This document shows positions 1 through 16,249 of a stretch of 64,000 nucleotides of DNA, in pieces. How positions within the stretch are numbered: the first letter of the stretch is position 1; each line of letters starts with the position of its first letter. The stretch is from the human T2T-CHM13v2.0 reference genome, Homo sapiens: assembly GCF_009914755.1 (NCBI RefSeq), contig NC_060940.1. One strand, given 5' to 3'. The position numbers were made by a program, and so were the translations under genes. Below the pieces are notes generated by a model. That model was not told the DNA's origin. It searched no databases and was given only the letters and a program-made list of their open reading frames with translations.

Positions 1-203
1 CGAGTGATTCCCCTGCCTCAGCCTCCTGAGTAGCTGGGATTACAGGTGTGCATCATCACATCTGGCTGATTTTTGTATTTTTAGTAGAGATGGGGTTTCA
101 CCATGTTGGCCGGGCGAGTCTTGAACTCCTGGCCTCAAGTAATCTGCCCACCTCGGCCTCCCAAAGTGCTGGGATTACAGGCGTGAGCCACTGCACCCAG
201 CCA
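1..203 (-). mobile_element. Alu (cut by window edge)
   Basis: Antisense Alu consensus (cctcagcctcctgagtagctggg...cccaaagtgctgggattacaggcgtgagcc). Confidence 0.95.
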
Positions 204-204
204 G

Positions 205-1170
<966 letters not shown>

Positions 1171-1175
<5 letters not shown>

Positions 1176-1424
1176 GAAAAGAAAGGAAAGGGGAGGGAAG
1201 GGGAGGGGAGGGGAGTGGAGGGGAGTGGAGGGGAAGGGAGGGGAAGGGAAGGGAAGGGAAGGGGAGGGGAGTGGAGGGGAGTGGAGGGGAAGGGAGGGGA
1301 AGGGAAGGGAAGGGAAGGGAAGGGAAGGGGAAGGGAAGCGGGAGGGGAGGGGAGGGGAGGGAAGGGGAGGGAAGGAAGGGAAGGGAAGGAGAAGGGACGG
1401 GGGAGGGGAGGGAAGGGGAGGGAA
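1171..1424 (+). repeat. Polypurine (GGGAA/GGGGA)n tract grown from an Alu tail
   Basis: About 250 bp of almost pure A/G made of pentamer repeats. Confidence 0.95.
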
Positions 1425-1439
1425 ACAAATGCACAAGGA

Positions 1440-1680
1440 CCCCCAGCTGTTCCAGCCCCCAGATATTTGAGTCTTCCCAGCCCAGGTGCCAGACATGCAT
1501 GTGATGGGGGCCTTTCAGATAACTTCAGCCCCTGGACTTCTAGCTCCCCAGTTGATACCAAGTGGAACACAGACAAGCTGTCTCCACCAATCCCTGTTCA
1601 CATTATAGATTATTGCTCAAAATAAATGGTGTTTTAAGCCACCAAATTTTATGGTTGTTACTCAGCATTAGATACATGGG
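1440..1680 (+). mobile_element. MLT1-type MaLR LTR fragment
   Basis: cccagctgttccagcc...ttttaagccaccaaattttatggttgttactcagcattagata resembles an MLT1 3' end. Confidence 0.55.
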
Positions 1681-1928
1681 ACAACTGGTCTGCAAACCGA
1701 CTTCAGTGGTTGATGTGTCTTCTGTACTGACTTCTGCTACGTGCTGGGCACTGGCGACACAAGATTCACAGGATATGGTCCCTGCCCTTGAAGAACTCAC
1801 ATTCAAGTAGAAGAAATCGAGTGCCATGACAGTGACGGCAAACAATGACAATACTGGATTACAGGGATCAATACAGCACTTCAGAGACGGAGAAATGAGT
1901 GGATGGCTCTAGGGGATCCTGGGGATAC

Positions 1929-3397
1929 TGATGCCAGTGGCGCCCGTTTGGAGCAGCCGCTGTGAAGACGCTGGCTGCAGTGGGGGAGAAGCAGCCAGGG
2001 CTGTGCACTCCACGGAGCTGGTGGGAGCCAGGAACAGGCAGGGCTCCTGCCTGCCCTGTTGTGAGTTGGTGGAGTGGGAGCCCCGTGCTCTTCCGGTACA
2101 GCTGCAGCTGCCCAGCCATGGCTCCAGACCAGGGCATCCCTAAGTTCTCAGGGGTCGGGGAAGCCCCCGCCACGACAGGCTCAGAAGTTCCTGCTCCAAC
2201 TGTCTGGCCTCTCCCTGCTCCCAGCACTCACTTCGATTTCAGAGCAAAGCTGTGGCCAAGCCTGGGGACTGTCTCAACCCGGCCAGGTGTTGCACACGCA
2301 GAGCAGTGCTGACATACCAGCCTCCTGCCATCTCAGCCCCTCCAGACTTTGGTCACTGACAAACATGGGAGGGAGGCCAAGGGGGAGCTGAGGGCAGCTT
2401 GGCACAGGCCTGCAGGAGCCCCTTTGCATAAACAGCCTGGGCACCGTGGATGACATGTATTAAACAGGTGGCAGCAGGAGGCAGACAGGCTCCCGGGCAG
2501 AAAGGGGTGGGTCTCCAGTGAAGCCCCACCTTCAAGCCAGGGACAGGCTGGCCTGAAACCTGGGGGCTGGGCTGTCAGTTCCAGGTGGAGTCTGCAGCCC
2601 AGAGTGAGAACTTATGGGCTTTTTCTGGGCCCATCCATGGGAGGAACACACTTCCTCCCTTCTGAAGCCCGTTAAAAACCCCGGACTCGCAGAGATGTCA
2701 GGACAACCTGCCTGTGGATAGGCGCTACCCACTTCTGGTCTCCTGAGAGCTGTACTGTCGCTCAATAAAGCACCTCTTCACCTTGCTCACCCTCCAGTTG
2801 TCCTCGTACCTCATTCTTCCTGGACGCAGGACAAGAACTCAGGACCCAGCAAATGGCAGGACTGAAAGAGCTGTAACACAAACAGGGTTGAAACATGCCC
2901 CCGTGCTTGCCATATTGCGGGAGACGAGAAGGAGAGAAGAGCTGCAGCCCTTCGGGGAGCCCAGACCTAGGGGCTCCCTCAGCCAGAGCTGCGACACCCT
3001 CTTTGGGGCTCTACGGCGTCTCCAACCTCCCGGGCACCACTGCGTTCCCCTTGTCTAGATGTGGGTGCCCACAGTGGAAGCCACTTGCAGTGCATCAGAC
3101 ACAGCTGTAGGCTTGCACAGAGCCAGCATCTGTGCCAGCGCCTGGAGCTGCCCACCCTGCCACGGCAGCCGGTGTGCCTAGCTGTGCACAGTGGCCGGAC
3201 CCCATGCTCGCTCACTCACACACCCCTGGCTGCTCCATGCCTGGCTCACCCTTGGCAGGTGTGGGGTCTAGTCCAGTAGCATAAGCCAAGTGCAGCCTGC
3301 CAGGCTGAGTCAGCAGAACAAGCCCACCCAGCAGACCCGAGCAAAGCTCAGGCAAAGGTGCTACCAGCCACAGAGGCTTCTGGCTAGAAATCTTACA
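1929..3397 (+). mobile_element. ERV1 solo LTR, MER52-like
   Basis: TG...CA ends with a near-TSD (ATAC/ATAA). Internal AATAAA in ctcaataaagcacctcttcacc. Motif gagaagagctgcagcccttcggggagcccagacctaggggctccc. GC-rich. Confidence 0.7.
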
Positions 3398-3458
3398 ATA
3401 ATATGAGGAGAGAGGAGTGAGAATAAGCACTTATTGAGCACCTCCTATGTTACACTGT

Positions 3459-3743
3459 TCTTTTTTTTTTTCCAGACAGGTTGTCACTTTGTCACCCAAG
3501 CCGGAGTGCGGTGGCATCATCATAGCTCACTGCAGTCTCACACTCCTGGGCTCAAGCGATCACTCCCACCTCAGCCTCCTGAGTGGCTGGAACTACAGGT
3601 GCAAACCACTGTGCCTGGCCAATTTTTAAAATTTTTGTAGAGATGTTGTCCAGGCTGGTCTCAAATTCCTGAGCTCAGGCGATCCTCCTGCCTTGGCCTC
3701 CCAAAGAGCTGGAGCTATAGGCACAACCCACTATGCCCGGCCT
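3459..3743 (-). mobile_element. Alu (AluJ-like)
   Basis: Diverged antisense Alu with a T tract. Confidence 0.9.
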
Positions 3744-3989
3744 ACCCTGTTCTAAATATGTTACAACATTTATGTGAATTAATCCTTCCAATTAACCCTA
3801 TGATGTCATTATTATAAATATTTCAGAGATGAGGAAACTGAGGCACAGAGAAGTAAAGAGATTGCTCCGGGCCTCCCAAGTGTCAGAGATGGGATTTGAA
3901 AGGTGTGCTCTAAACAGAACACATATTTCCCATCTATAAAATGAGTGTATCAGACAAGATGAACTCCATGGCCCTTCCTGCCATCAAGG

Positions 3990-4515
3990 CTGGTGTTCGG
4001 GACATGTGTGGGTTTTGCCTGACTCACATCTGTTCTCCTGCCCCTAGTAACACCACCTCAATTTTGGGGAGCAGTACTGCTCAACTTCCACTCTCAGTTA
4101 AGGATGGACACGTACTTGGCCTTGGCCAGTCACAGCATCACAACCATCATGCACAGTGATTGGCTCAGGCATCTGCATGTGACATGCCAAGCATTGGCAG
4201 TCTTCTCGGGGACTTTTGCTAGAACTCTCGGGAAAGAGGCACTCTGTTTCCTCTGGGGTTGCTAAGCAAACATGGGGCTGTCAGGGGCCACCATAAGAAA
4301 AGACCCTACCTGGGAATAAGGTTGGCTCAGAAGAAAGGAGAGGCCAGGAGATGACGCAAGAGTGGCCAAGATGTGACAACATCCTCAGCACCTAGATTCT
4401 GCCGTGCTTGAAACCAGACCAGTCCTGAGATTTTCTGTCATATGAGCCAATAAATGTCTACTTTCTTGCTTAGAATAACTTGAGTTGGATTTCTGTAATT
4501 TAAAACCCAATGATG
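3990..4515 (+). mobile_element. MLT1-type MaLR LTR
   Basis: tatgagccaataaat...ttgcttagaataacttgagttggatttctgtaatttaaaacc is typical of an old MLT1 3' end. Confidence 0.5.
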
Positions 4516-4923
4516 TCTAACACAATTCAGTGATGATGACATGTACTAGGGTTTATGTTTTTGTATGTGTTTTCCCTAGTAATGGTAATCTCCCAGAAGG
4601 CCTAAAGAGTACATTTTAATCTTTGTAGCTTCACTCCACCCCTAGCAGTGTCTAACAGTGCCTAGCACATAGGAGGGCTTGCGAAAATATTTGTGGAATT
4701 GCACTGATAGGCATCACTGATCACTTTAACCCCAGCTTCTCGGGTTCCAACGCTAGACATAAGTCCTCTGAAGACCTGAGGGCACTTAGCATTGATCTGA
4801 TTCCTACAGAACATGAGGCTCTAAGTAATCAACAGTCTAAGAAATCTACAGTTTTTTCAACCAGCCAGGCCTAGTCATAGGGAATGGACATGACATGATG
4901 GCAATGCAGTGGTTCTTAAGAGC

Positions 4924-5150
4924 ACCCAGGCTGGAGTGCAGTGGCACAATCTTGGCTCACACAACCTCCGTCTCCTGAGCTTAAGTGATTCTTGTGCCTC
5001 AGCCTCCCGAGTAGCTGGGATTGCAGGTGCGTGCCACCACACCCAGCTAATTTTTGTATTTTTAGTAGAGACGGGGTCTCTCCATGTTTGCCAGGCTGGT
5101 CTCCAACTCCCGACCTCAGGTGATCCACCCATCTTGGTCTCCCAAAGTGT
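4924..5150 (-). mobile_element. Alu (partial)
   Basis: Antisense Alu body. Confidence 0.9.
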
Positions 5151-5178
5151 GCACACAGGCTTTTAAATCAGACGTATT

Positions 5179-5785
<607 letters not shown>

Positions 5786-6309
5786 ATCTGACATATCTGG
5801 GGCCATATCTTTTCCCACCATCTTATCAGCTGTGTGACCTCGGGCAGGTTACTTACTGCCTGGGCTTCAGTGTCCTCCTCTTTAAAATGGAGCTGTTACT
5901 ACCAGTGTCTCCAGTACCCTGCAAAGATAAAATGAGACGTTGTATTAATACATAAAGCACCCAAATCATGGTAAACATCAAGAAATGGTGACTCTTTCTA
6001 GTGTTAAAAACAATCAATCAGAATGATGATGATAATTATCAAGGTCCCTTCAGTCCCCATGGAAAACCAGCCAAGCTGTTTGTCTCTATGCACTCCTCCC
6101 ACTATGAGGGCCTCTCCTGGTGGATGCAGGATAGGACAGGACATATGCTCCACCCTTACTTCTGCTGCAGCCTCCACAGGATGAACACACCAGGTTGGAT
6201 GGAGCTCCCAGAAACCTCCTGCAGTGGGGTCAGCAGGACAAAGAGGTAGCTAGGTAGCGCCCAATGTCTTTCCAATAGTGTCCAACGTGGAGGGGACTAG
6301 AATGCTCTA

Positions 6310-6480
<171 letters not shown>

Positions 6481-6504
6481 AATATTGAGGAGCAGAGACC
6501 AGGT

Positions 6505-7351
6505 TGTTCCCTCTTGCTTTATGTTGCTATAAAAGAATACTAAACAACTCCATCCCGGATGCTAATCTGCAGTGTTGACTTCTGATTAATTCCAGTTCCA
6601 GGAAGGTCTCTAAGATTTCCAGTTTATCTATTGTTCCTCGGGTAAGAACAGATACTTACTGTAAATCCTGCCCTTGGGTCATACAACCTTGATGTTAATC
6701 CTACTTCAGTTTTCCTGCACATCCCTTCCAAACCACCCCTCCCCTACGGTAATAAGCCCTGGGTCTAGGGGGTAACTGTGCAGGGATCCACCATCTTGAC
6801 CCACTGCTGCCCAAGATACAGACATGGCTTCTGTTTGTAAGTCCCTATTAAATGTTCCTTTCTAAGAAACTGGATTTGTCGGCGTCTTTCTTTGGCTTCT
6901 CAGCTTCCTCAGATGTTGGGGTAGGTTTGCATAGACCTGTCTACCATGAACACTAGGTAATTTATAAGGAAAAGAGGTTTCATTAGCTCATGGTCCTACA
7001 GGCTGAGAAGTTCAAGGGCATGACCCTGGATTCTGGAGGGGGCTTTCAGGCTTCATCAAAACACAGAGGAGAAGGCCAAAGGGGAAGGAGATACATGGGA
7101 AGGGGGGAAAATATGAAGGGTATCTTGGCTTTGAAACAACCCACTCTTGCGAGAACTAATCCATTCCCAAAAGAACTAATCCAGTCTTGCCAGAGCAAAA
7201 ACTCACTACCATGAGAACAGCGCCAAGCCATTCATGAGGGATCCACCCCCATAACCCAAACACCTCTCACTAGGCCCCCTCCCAACACGGCCACACTGGG
7301 CATCAAATTTCAACATGAGCTCTGGGAACAAACCATATCCAAACCACAGCA
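6505..7351 (-). mobile_element. MST/MLT1A-type MaLR LTR interrupted by an ERV1-like LTR (about 6542-6952)
   Basis: The MaLR motif gttgctataaaagaatac / ctaggtaatttataaggaaaagagg is split by about 410 bp carrying attaaa and ending catgaaca. Confidence 0.6.
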
Positions 7352-7387
7352 CCCCTCAAGACAGCCCAGAGCTTTAAGCTTCCTCCG

Positions 7388-7745
7388 TGTATTCGTCTGT
7401 TCTCATGCTGCTAATAAAAACATACCTGAGACTCAGTAATTTATAAAAGAAAGAGGTTTAATTGTCTCACAGTTCCACATGGCTGAGGAGGCCTCACAAT
7501 CATGGCGGAGGGCAAATGAGGAGCAAAGGCACATCTTACATGGTGGCAGGCAAAACAGCTTGTGCAGGGGAACTCCCATTTATAAAACCATCAGATCTCA
7601 TGAGACTTATTCACTACCATCAGAACAGTATGGAGTAAACCACTACCATGATTCAGTTATCTCCCCCTGGCCCCATCCCTGACATGTGGGAATTATTATA
7701 ATTCAAGATGAGATTTGGTGGCGAAGACCCAGCCAAACCATATCA
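7388..7745 (-). mobile_element. THE1-family MaLR solo LTR
   Basis: tgtattcgtctgttctcatgctgct...ccaaaccatatca is the reverse complement of the THE1 LTR. Near-TSD CTCCG/CTCCC. Confidence 0.9.
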
Positions 7746-8884
7746 CTCCCCTAACCTCACCCTGCCCTGCTCCAGTCCTGTCCAGGTTTTCAAAAGAATC
7801 CTGGTGAGCATTGGAGATACAAAAAGCACTGGGACAAGCCTGGAGGCTGCCAGACCTGGGTCTGGTGCTTGCTGCCTATGGGGCAGTGTGCAGGGGTGTC
7901 GAGCAAGCCTATCTGCATCCAGCCATCTCCCTGGCTTCCTGCCACGTGCCCGCTCCCAAGCCATCTTCCCCTTTGCAATACTTGCCATATTCTGCCAGCC
8001 CCTAATATTATGTATTACTCCTCCTTATCTATTTTCAGGGGCATTTTTTTCACATTTTAACATATGAAATTGGAATGCACCTTGCAAACAATGATTTCAT
8101 GTCATCACTATAGACTAGGTGGCCATTGTAACATAGTTGTCATTGCCTGAACATGTGCAAACTTGGTTGAAATTCCTCACGTAATGACTGGACAACAGCA
8201 ATCCATCAACGCCTACTTGGCATGGAAGAAAATGCTTCCCAGTCACCCCTTGTACCACCAGCAGGAGCATCCAGACTTTGGGGAATTTTGCTCTAAATCA
8301 CCACCACAGTCTCTCCTGCCTCCACCCCAGCAGACCAGCTGTTTTTTTCTTCCTGGAACAATCTCCCCTCCATGGCGAGGTATCTGAATTACCCCCTTTC
8401 CAGTTATTTGTTGCTGTGCTGTCTTAAAACTTAGCAGGATACAATAACCATTAAACTATGCTTGCAGACTCTAAGGGTTGGGAAATGGCACAGAGGAGAT
8501 AGCTTGTCTCTGCTCTATGATGTCTAGGGCTCAGCTGGGAAGAGGCATATGGCTTGGGGCTAGAACCTTCCAAAGGTTCATTCATGTGAGTGCCCAGCTC
8601 CTGGGCTGGGAAGACTCCTTATGAGGGAGTGCCAGGCTCCTGAGTGCTCCAGCAAACGAACAGAAGCTGCATCGCTGTCTATGACCCAGCCTCAGAAAAC
8701 CCATAGTGTCACCTCTGCCATACCCTACTCAAGCCTGCCACTCAAAGGGAGGAGCATCAAAGCATTTGCAATCATTTTTTAAAACTGCCACACCCTTCTT
8801 TACCTTTGATCTGAACCTGTGACATGTGCCTGTGGTTCTCCACATGTCACCTAACATGACACACTCCTCACAGTTATTGCTATT

Positions 8885-9620
<736 letters not shown>

Positions 9621-9659
9621 TATTTATTAATATTACATCTTTAATTGTCTAGGACTGTG

Positions 9660-10150
9660 AGTTCCTAAAATCTAACTCAGATCATGTCACTCTTCTGTTC
9701 AAAACCCTCCAAGGGCTTCCCATTTCACCCATAACAAAAGCCTAAATCCTAACGACATCCGGTAAAGCCCTACAAGAGTTACCCCCAAGTTATCTCTCTG
9801 ACGTCATCAGCTTCTACTCCCCAGCTTTTGCTCCCCACCACCAACCACGATGACCTCTGTGCTCCTTCTTTAGATGCCCAGCACACCTGCTGTTCCCTGT
9901 GCCTGGAACTGTCTTCCCACACATGGCCCCATATGACTTACTCTCTCACCTCCTTCAGGTTGCAGCTCAGGTGTCACCTTATCAGAGAGGATTTGAGCAC
10001 TCCATGCAAACCAGCAGCCCTCACCACACACACATATAGCACCATTGTCCCCCTTCCCCTGCTTGAGTCATAGTATATATAACAATGCACATAATTTTCT
10101 AATTTCCTGTTTCCCGCCACTAGAACATGGGCAGGGATTTGTGTGTTTGT
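9660..10150 (+). mobile_element. L2 fragment
   Basis: tcagatcatgtcactcttctgttcaaaaccctccaagggcttccca is typical L2 3' sequence. Confidence 0.65.
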
Positions 10151-10728
10151 CCACTGCAAAAATCGCACCAAAATTTGACATCATCCTTCATCCATACCCA
10201 AGCCTTCTGACATGTGACTTAAAGCCTCTCCCATCAAGTAATAGATTCTCTGTCAGCTGCCGTAACTCATTCCTGTAATCCCGGCACTTTGGGAGACTGA
10301 GGCAGGGGGACCACTTGAAGCCAGGAGTTTGAGACCAGCCTGGGTAACATAGTCTGGGTAACACTTCTCCAGGCATCGGCTACATTTCCAAAAATGTGGG
10401 TGCCATCTCCCTCTGTGTTTTCTGGAAAGCTAGTGAAAATGCAAAACCCTGGCCAGGCTGCTGGCTGGTAGCTGGACCTGACTCCAGAACTACTGAATCG
10501 AAATATCCAGAAGCAGTACCCAAGAACCTATATTTTAAGAATTTCCACACTGCCCACAGGGGTCCTTGGACACAGAACCGGAAGGGCAGCCTGTGCCATT
10601 ACCAGCAGGTGAGTGGAGGGTTGGAATAAATAGATTCTGGGACAGAGGGAAGAACAGAGAGTGTAGCTTGAGACATTTAACTGCCTTATCTAACCATCAC
10701 TACCTCCTGGGGAGGTCGGTTATCATAC

Positions 10729-11271
10729 TGTGAAAGGAAAATAAATCTCAGGATCCCAAAATCACTAAGCCAAAGGGAAAAGTCAAGCTGGGAACGGCTT
10801 AGGGCAAACCTGCCTCCTATTCCATTCCTAAAGAAGATGGCTAGTAAGATAAAAAAGCTACATACCTCCTCACAATTTGTCCACAAGGGATTTTCTTATG
10901 GACTCAGGACAGACAGAACTCACAGTCACCCCTCCGCTCACTGAGAGAAATGCATATCTGATGGATTCCTTTGGAAAGGCTAATCAGAAACTCAAAAGAA
11001 TGCAACAATTTGTCACTTATCCACCTATGACCTGGAAGCCCCTTCCCTCCTTCGAGTTGTCCTGCCTTTCCAGACCAAACCAATGTACATCTCACACATA
11101 TTGATTGATGTCTCATGTCTCCCTAGAATGGATAAAACTAAGCTGTGCCCCAACCACCTTCGGCACATGTCATCAGGACCTCCTGAGGCTGTGTCACAGG
11201 CCCGTCCTTAACTTTGGCAAAATAAACTTCCTAAATCGACTGAGACCTGTCTCGGCTATTTAGGGTTCACA
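10729..11271 (+). mobile_element. MER4-family ERV1 solo LTR
   Basis: Starts TGTGAAAGGAAAATAAATCT, has an internal AATAAA at 11221 and ends TTCACA. Perfect 4-bp TSD ATAC at 10725-10728 and 11272-11275. Confidence 0.85.
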
Positions 11272-11283
11272 ATACCTATTTCA

Positions 11284-11892
11284 TGAAGACGACATAGAAG
11301 TTAAGAAGAAATCACTTATGCAGATAGCCTTTTACCCTTGTAAAAGGCCTTTCTTTTTCATGAAAAGCAGCCCCAAATCATTTTCTAACAAAGAGCAGCC
11401 TGTAAAGTTGAGCTGCAGATATAGACAAGCAAGCTGGGAGCTTGCATGGGTGAATGAGGGCAGGAACTAACAACTAGACATTTTCAAGATGGTGGCTCCA
11501 TCTTCCCTTCTCTGCCAGCCACATGTACTGTAAGAAGCAGACAAGATGGCGCTGATCAACTGGAAAGCCCATTTGCATAATAAGATTAGGGTGAGGTGAC
11601 TAGCCTTCTGCACGCACTATGTAAACGTCACACTTGATCTAACCAATCTATGAGCCCCATGTAAATCAGACACCGCCTCCTCAAACTGGACTATAAAATT
11701 TGCGCATTTGCTGCCAACCAGTCTTTCCCACTGAGACACCCCTTCCTCGATAGAGGAAGCTGTTTCTCTTTCTCTCCTCTTCTACCTATTAAACCTCCGC
11801 TCCTAACCTCCTCATGTGTGTCCATGTCCTAAATTTTCCTGGCTGCAACAATGAACCCCAGGGTATATATCCCAGACAACATAGCCACTTCA
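11284..11892 (+). mobile_element. ERV1 solo LTR (MER50/LTR9-like)
   Basis: TG...CA ends; aaagagcagcctgtaaagttgagctgcagatatagacaagc; CCAAT, TATAAA and ATTAAA motifs; ends cagacaacatagccacttca. Confidence 0.65.
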
Positions 11893-12826
11893 GAGGTGGA
11901 CACTGAGGCTCAGACAGAAAGTATCCCGGTCTGCCTTACTTTATGTTGGGGGCTATTTGCTTGTACCCCAGGGGAACCCACTCAACAAAACACCTGGTAT
12001 TTTGCTCTGAGTCTTCACGCAAGGTCATTTTAGGCTTGCTAGCTCCCGGCTGAAGGTCACATGCTGAAATGAAATTGAAAGCACAGAATAACTAAGTGAG
12101 CAGACCCTCCACCTGGAAAATCCAGGTGGCATCAGTGGAAGAGCCAAGACATGGGAGGTTTTCATGTCTATTTTTAAGCAATTGAAGTAAATTAAATGTC
12201 TCTTTCATGGCCAAGCTACACGTTGTTTGCAAGTTTGGAGCTTTGTTTGTATGTATATATTTTAAATAAATTTGATAATTAAGTCACGAATGCTCCCAGC
12301 ACACTTGGATATATTTAAATTACAGGCTTCTGATCAAATGGAGAAAAATCACAAATATGGGCCTAAATGATGCCTTTTTCTGTTCAGTGGCTTTTGCAGC
12401 ATTCAAATGGGTCTGTCAGCTTAATGGCCAATTCTAAGGCTGCTGGGAATGACAGGAGGTGGAGGGACTGGCAAAGAGACTACAGGAAGTGAAACCCTGT
12501 GGTGAAAAATTGTGGTTCTTTTAAGAAAACATTTCATCTGCGCCTGTAATTCATTTCAACAAGCCAGTTTTGAAAACACAAACAAGCTGGTAAAAGGGGT
12601 GTTTGTCTCTGCCTGACTGGCAGCACTCCATACCCACCATTAACAGCCAGTTCCTGAACACTGTGGCTTCTGGAATCAGGGGGTCCCAGGTCAAATCTCC
12701 TTTGGTCCTTGCTGTGGTGCCTGTCTGGGCAAGTTGGAGATTCTAGTGCCCGCCCTACTGTAGTCTCTGTAGAGTAACTGCCCATCCACTGTCAAAACAA
12801 ATTCAGATCTAGTAAAGAGTGGCTTT

Positions 12827-14088
12827 TCCCATCCCTATGTCCTGAATGGTATTGCCTAGGTTTTCTTCTACAGCTTCTATGGTTTTAGGTCTTATGTTTA
12901 AGTCTTTAATCCATCTTGAATTAATTTTTGTATAAGGTGTAAGGTAGAGATCCAGTTTCAGCTTTCTGCATATGGCTAGCCAGTTTTCGCAGCACGATTT
13001 ATTAAATAGGGAATCCTTTCCCCATTGCTTGTTTTTGTCAGGTGTGTCAAAGATCAGATAGTTGTAGATGTGTGGTGTTATTTCTGAGGCCTCTGTTCTG
13101 TTCCATTGGTCTATATATCTGTTTTGGTACCAGTACCATGCTGTTTTGGTTACTATAGCCTTGTAGTACAGTTTGAAGTCAGGTAGCATGATGCCTCCAG
13201 CTTTGTTCTTTTTGCTTAGGATTGTCTTGGCTATGCAGGCTCTTTTTTGGTTCCACATGAAGTTTAAAGTAGTTTTTTCCAATTCTGTGAAGAAAGTCAG
13301 TGGTGGCTTGATGGGGATAGCATTGAATCTATAAATTACTTTGGGCAGTATGGCCATTTTCATGATATTGATTCTTCCTATCCATGAGCATGGAATGTTC
13401 TTGCATTTGTTTGTGTCCTCTTTTATTTCCTTGAGCAGTGGTTTGTAGTTCTCCTTGAAGAGGTCCTTCACATCCCTTGTAAGTTGGATTCCTAGGTATT
13501 TTATTGAATGGGAGTTCACTCATGATTTGACTCTCGGTTTGTCTGGTATTGGTGTATAGGAATGCTTGTGATTTTTGTACATTCTACTATAAAGACACAT
13601 GCACACGTATGTTTTTTGCAGCACTGTTCACAATAGCAACCAACCCAAATGCCCATCAATGATAGACTGGATAAAGAAAATGTGGCACATATGCACCATG
13701 GAATACTATGCAGCCATAAAAAAGGATGAGTTCATGTCCTTTGCAAGGACATGGATGAAAATGGAAACCATCATTCTCAGCAAAGTAACACAAGAAGGGA
13801 AAACCAAACACCACATGTCCTCAATCATAAGTGAGAGTTGAACAATGAGAACACGTAGACACAGGGAGGGGAACATCACACACTAGGGCCTGGCAGGGGG
13901 TGGGGTCCTGGGGGAGGGATGGCATTAGGAGAAATACCTAAGGCAAATGACAAGTTGATGGGTGTAGCAAACCAACATGGCACATGTATACGTATGTAAC
14001 AAACCTGCACGCTGTGCACATGTAAACCAAAACTTAAAGTATAATTTTAAAAAAATAAAAAAGAAAAATCCTATTTGAAGGAAACAAA
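12827..14088 (+). mobile_element. 5'-truncated, 5'-inverted primate L1 (L1PA-type)
   Basis: An ORF2 segment on the - strand (about 12827-13583; 236-aa [23 protein letters not shown]...) is joined to the sense ORF2 end, 3' UTR and A tail (13580-14068). 13-bp TSD AAAGAGTGGCTTT at 12814-12826 and 14089-14101. Confidence 0.93.
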
Positions 14089-14107
14089 AAAGAGTGGCTT
14101 TATTTGA

Positions 14108-14429
<322 letters not shown>

Positions 14430-15116
14430 AGGAGGGACTATTATAACAGGGGAAGGGAGACTTGCAAAAGAGAGTACACTGTGGCCACAAGGGTTAGGCC
14501 AAAAAGAGCTTTTCTTTCATAGGAAGAAGAAAACAAGGCTAGAAAGAACCTGGAAGTGGGGTGAAAGGGTGACATGATGGGTTAGTAGATCAGAGAATAT
14601 ATCAACCTGAGGCCAGCCTATTCTGAGGAGGGGCTGTCTGCTGGCCCAGGCCCAGGGTGAGCCAAAGTTCAGGGGCCTGGAGGAAGGAAAGAATCTTAAC
14701 CAAAGTGGTTGACCAGCGTTTTATAAGGATTGATTAGTGGGACAAGCAGTTCAGGTAATCACTTATAAGACAATGAATGAGAATTGGAGGGTCTGTGTCC
14801 TGTTTACCTGCTCTCACAGGTAAACAATGGGGGTGGTGTCTTGGAGTCTTATCTAAATTCTCTTGTGGGGGTGGGGGGTGATTCTTTGCAGTAAACTTTT
14901 TTCCACAACACAAAAGGGTGAGAGCAATTCCTTTTTACTTTTTTCCGGGGACACAAGACTCAGGGAAAATTCAACATTGTCACTACTCAAGGGTGGAAAC
15001 TTAGTGTAGCACATAACCATGAGGATTCTAAACCTGTGGCTGCTGAGTTCAAACACCAGCATCCCAGTGAGCCTGGTGGGTTAGGAGATCTTTCTGTGCT
15101 TTACTTGCTCCCTCCC

Positions 15117-15470
15117 TGATATGGTTTGGCTGTGTCCCCACCCAAATCTCATCTTGAATTGTAGCTCCCATAATTCCGTGTTGCGGAAGGGCCCAGTAGG
15201 AGATAACTGAATGATAGGGGAGGTTCCCCTCATACTGTTCTCCTGGTAGTGAATAAGACTCATGAGATCTGATGGTTTTATAAGCGGTTTCCCTTTTCAC
15301 TTGGTTCTCATTATCTCGTCTTCCACCATGTAAAACGTGCCTTTCACCTTCCACCATGATTTTGAGGCCTCCCCAGCCATGTGGAACTGTGAATCCATTA
15401 AACCTTTTTGTTTGTAAATTGCCCAGTCTCGGGTATGTCTTTATCAGCAGCATGAAAGCGGACTAATACA
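15117..15470 (+). mobile_element. THE1-family MaLR solo LTR
   Basis: TGATATGGTTTGGCTGTGTCCCC...GGACTAATACA with a perfect 5-bp TSD CTCCC. Confidence 0.93.
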
Positions 15471-16119
15471 CTCCCTAAAATGGGGATGAGCATGATCATT
15501 ACAATAGCTACGATCTTCATATTTTTAAAGTATTTTAGCACCGTACCTAGAATCCACTAATCTATGAACTGATCCTGAGCAAGCCTGTTTCCTACTCAGA
15601 CCCCAAGCTCAGTACGAACATAACTTTCCATGCCTCTGTGCAATGCTGCAAAAGGCCTGCATACTTGGAGTCCACAGGAGAGTGTGCTCAAAACACAAAA
15701 GTCCCAGTGACCACGCACCACTCGGCATCAAAGCAAAGGTGGCAGGAGTGTGTCCCCTGGCCACTTGCCTTCTCACTCGAACAGACTGTGGATGCAGCAC
15801 TTGCTCGTGGGTAATTGTGGATCTGACTTTCCAAAAGTACAAGTATGTGGCCACTTTAATCACTGAGCCTCAGTTTCGCTCTCTGTAAAATAGGGAGAAC
15901 TAATAATCCTAGCTGCAGAGATTAAATGGTGGATGCAAACAGCCTTGTACGAAGTTGTTATCTGTGCAGAGGAAAAAGCGGTATCACTAGCGTGGAAGGA
16001 CCCAGAGGATACAGCCAAGCCTTTCTGTCTTCTCCATCCCCCGGCCTTTTAAACAGCAGTGGGGCGGGGCCACGGCATCGATCACTCGGCGCTCCTCCAG
16101 GCACTGCGTCGTGATCAGA

Positions 16120-16249
16120 CGAGCGGTGAGCGATCGATACTCCTATGCTAGCCTCTGGCTCCTCAGGGGACACAGCCGAGTGGTCGGACCAAACGCAACG
16201 AGTCTTCGCCAGCCCAAAGGCGACTCGACACCGTCCCAGCTGAAGAGAG
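16120..16249 (+). other. KDM8: KDM8 non-coding first exon 1a (5' boundary approximate)
   Basis: Good donor GAG|gttagt at 16249/16250 inside the CpG island, downstream of the GC box. It would splice to the acceptor at 22706, which adds 31 nt of UTR before the ATG at 22737. The transcription start cannot be fixed from sequence. Confidence 0.65.

Noticed and set aside
12809-13519. 236-aa ORF
   Set aside because: An L1 ORF2 fragment in a truncated, inverted element, not an independent gene.
15368-15380. Possible PRDM9 hotspot motif in the THE1 LTR
   Set aside because: The sequence is CCTCCCCAGCCAT, which mismatches the CCNCCNTNNCCNC 13-mer at positions 7 and 13.
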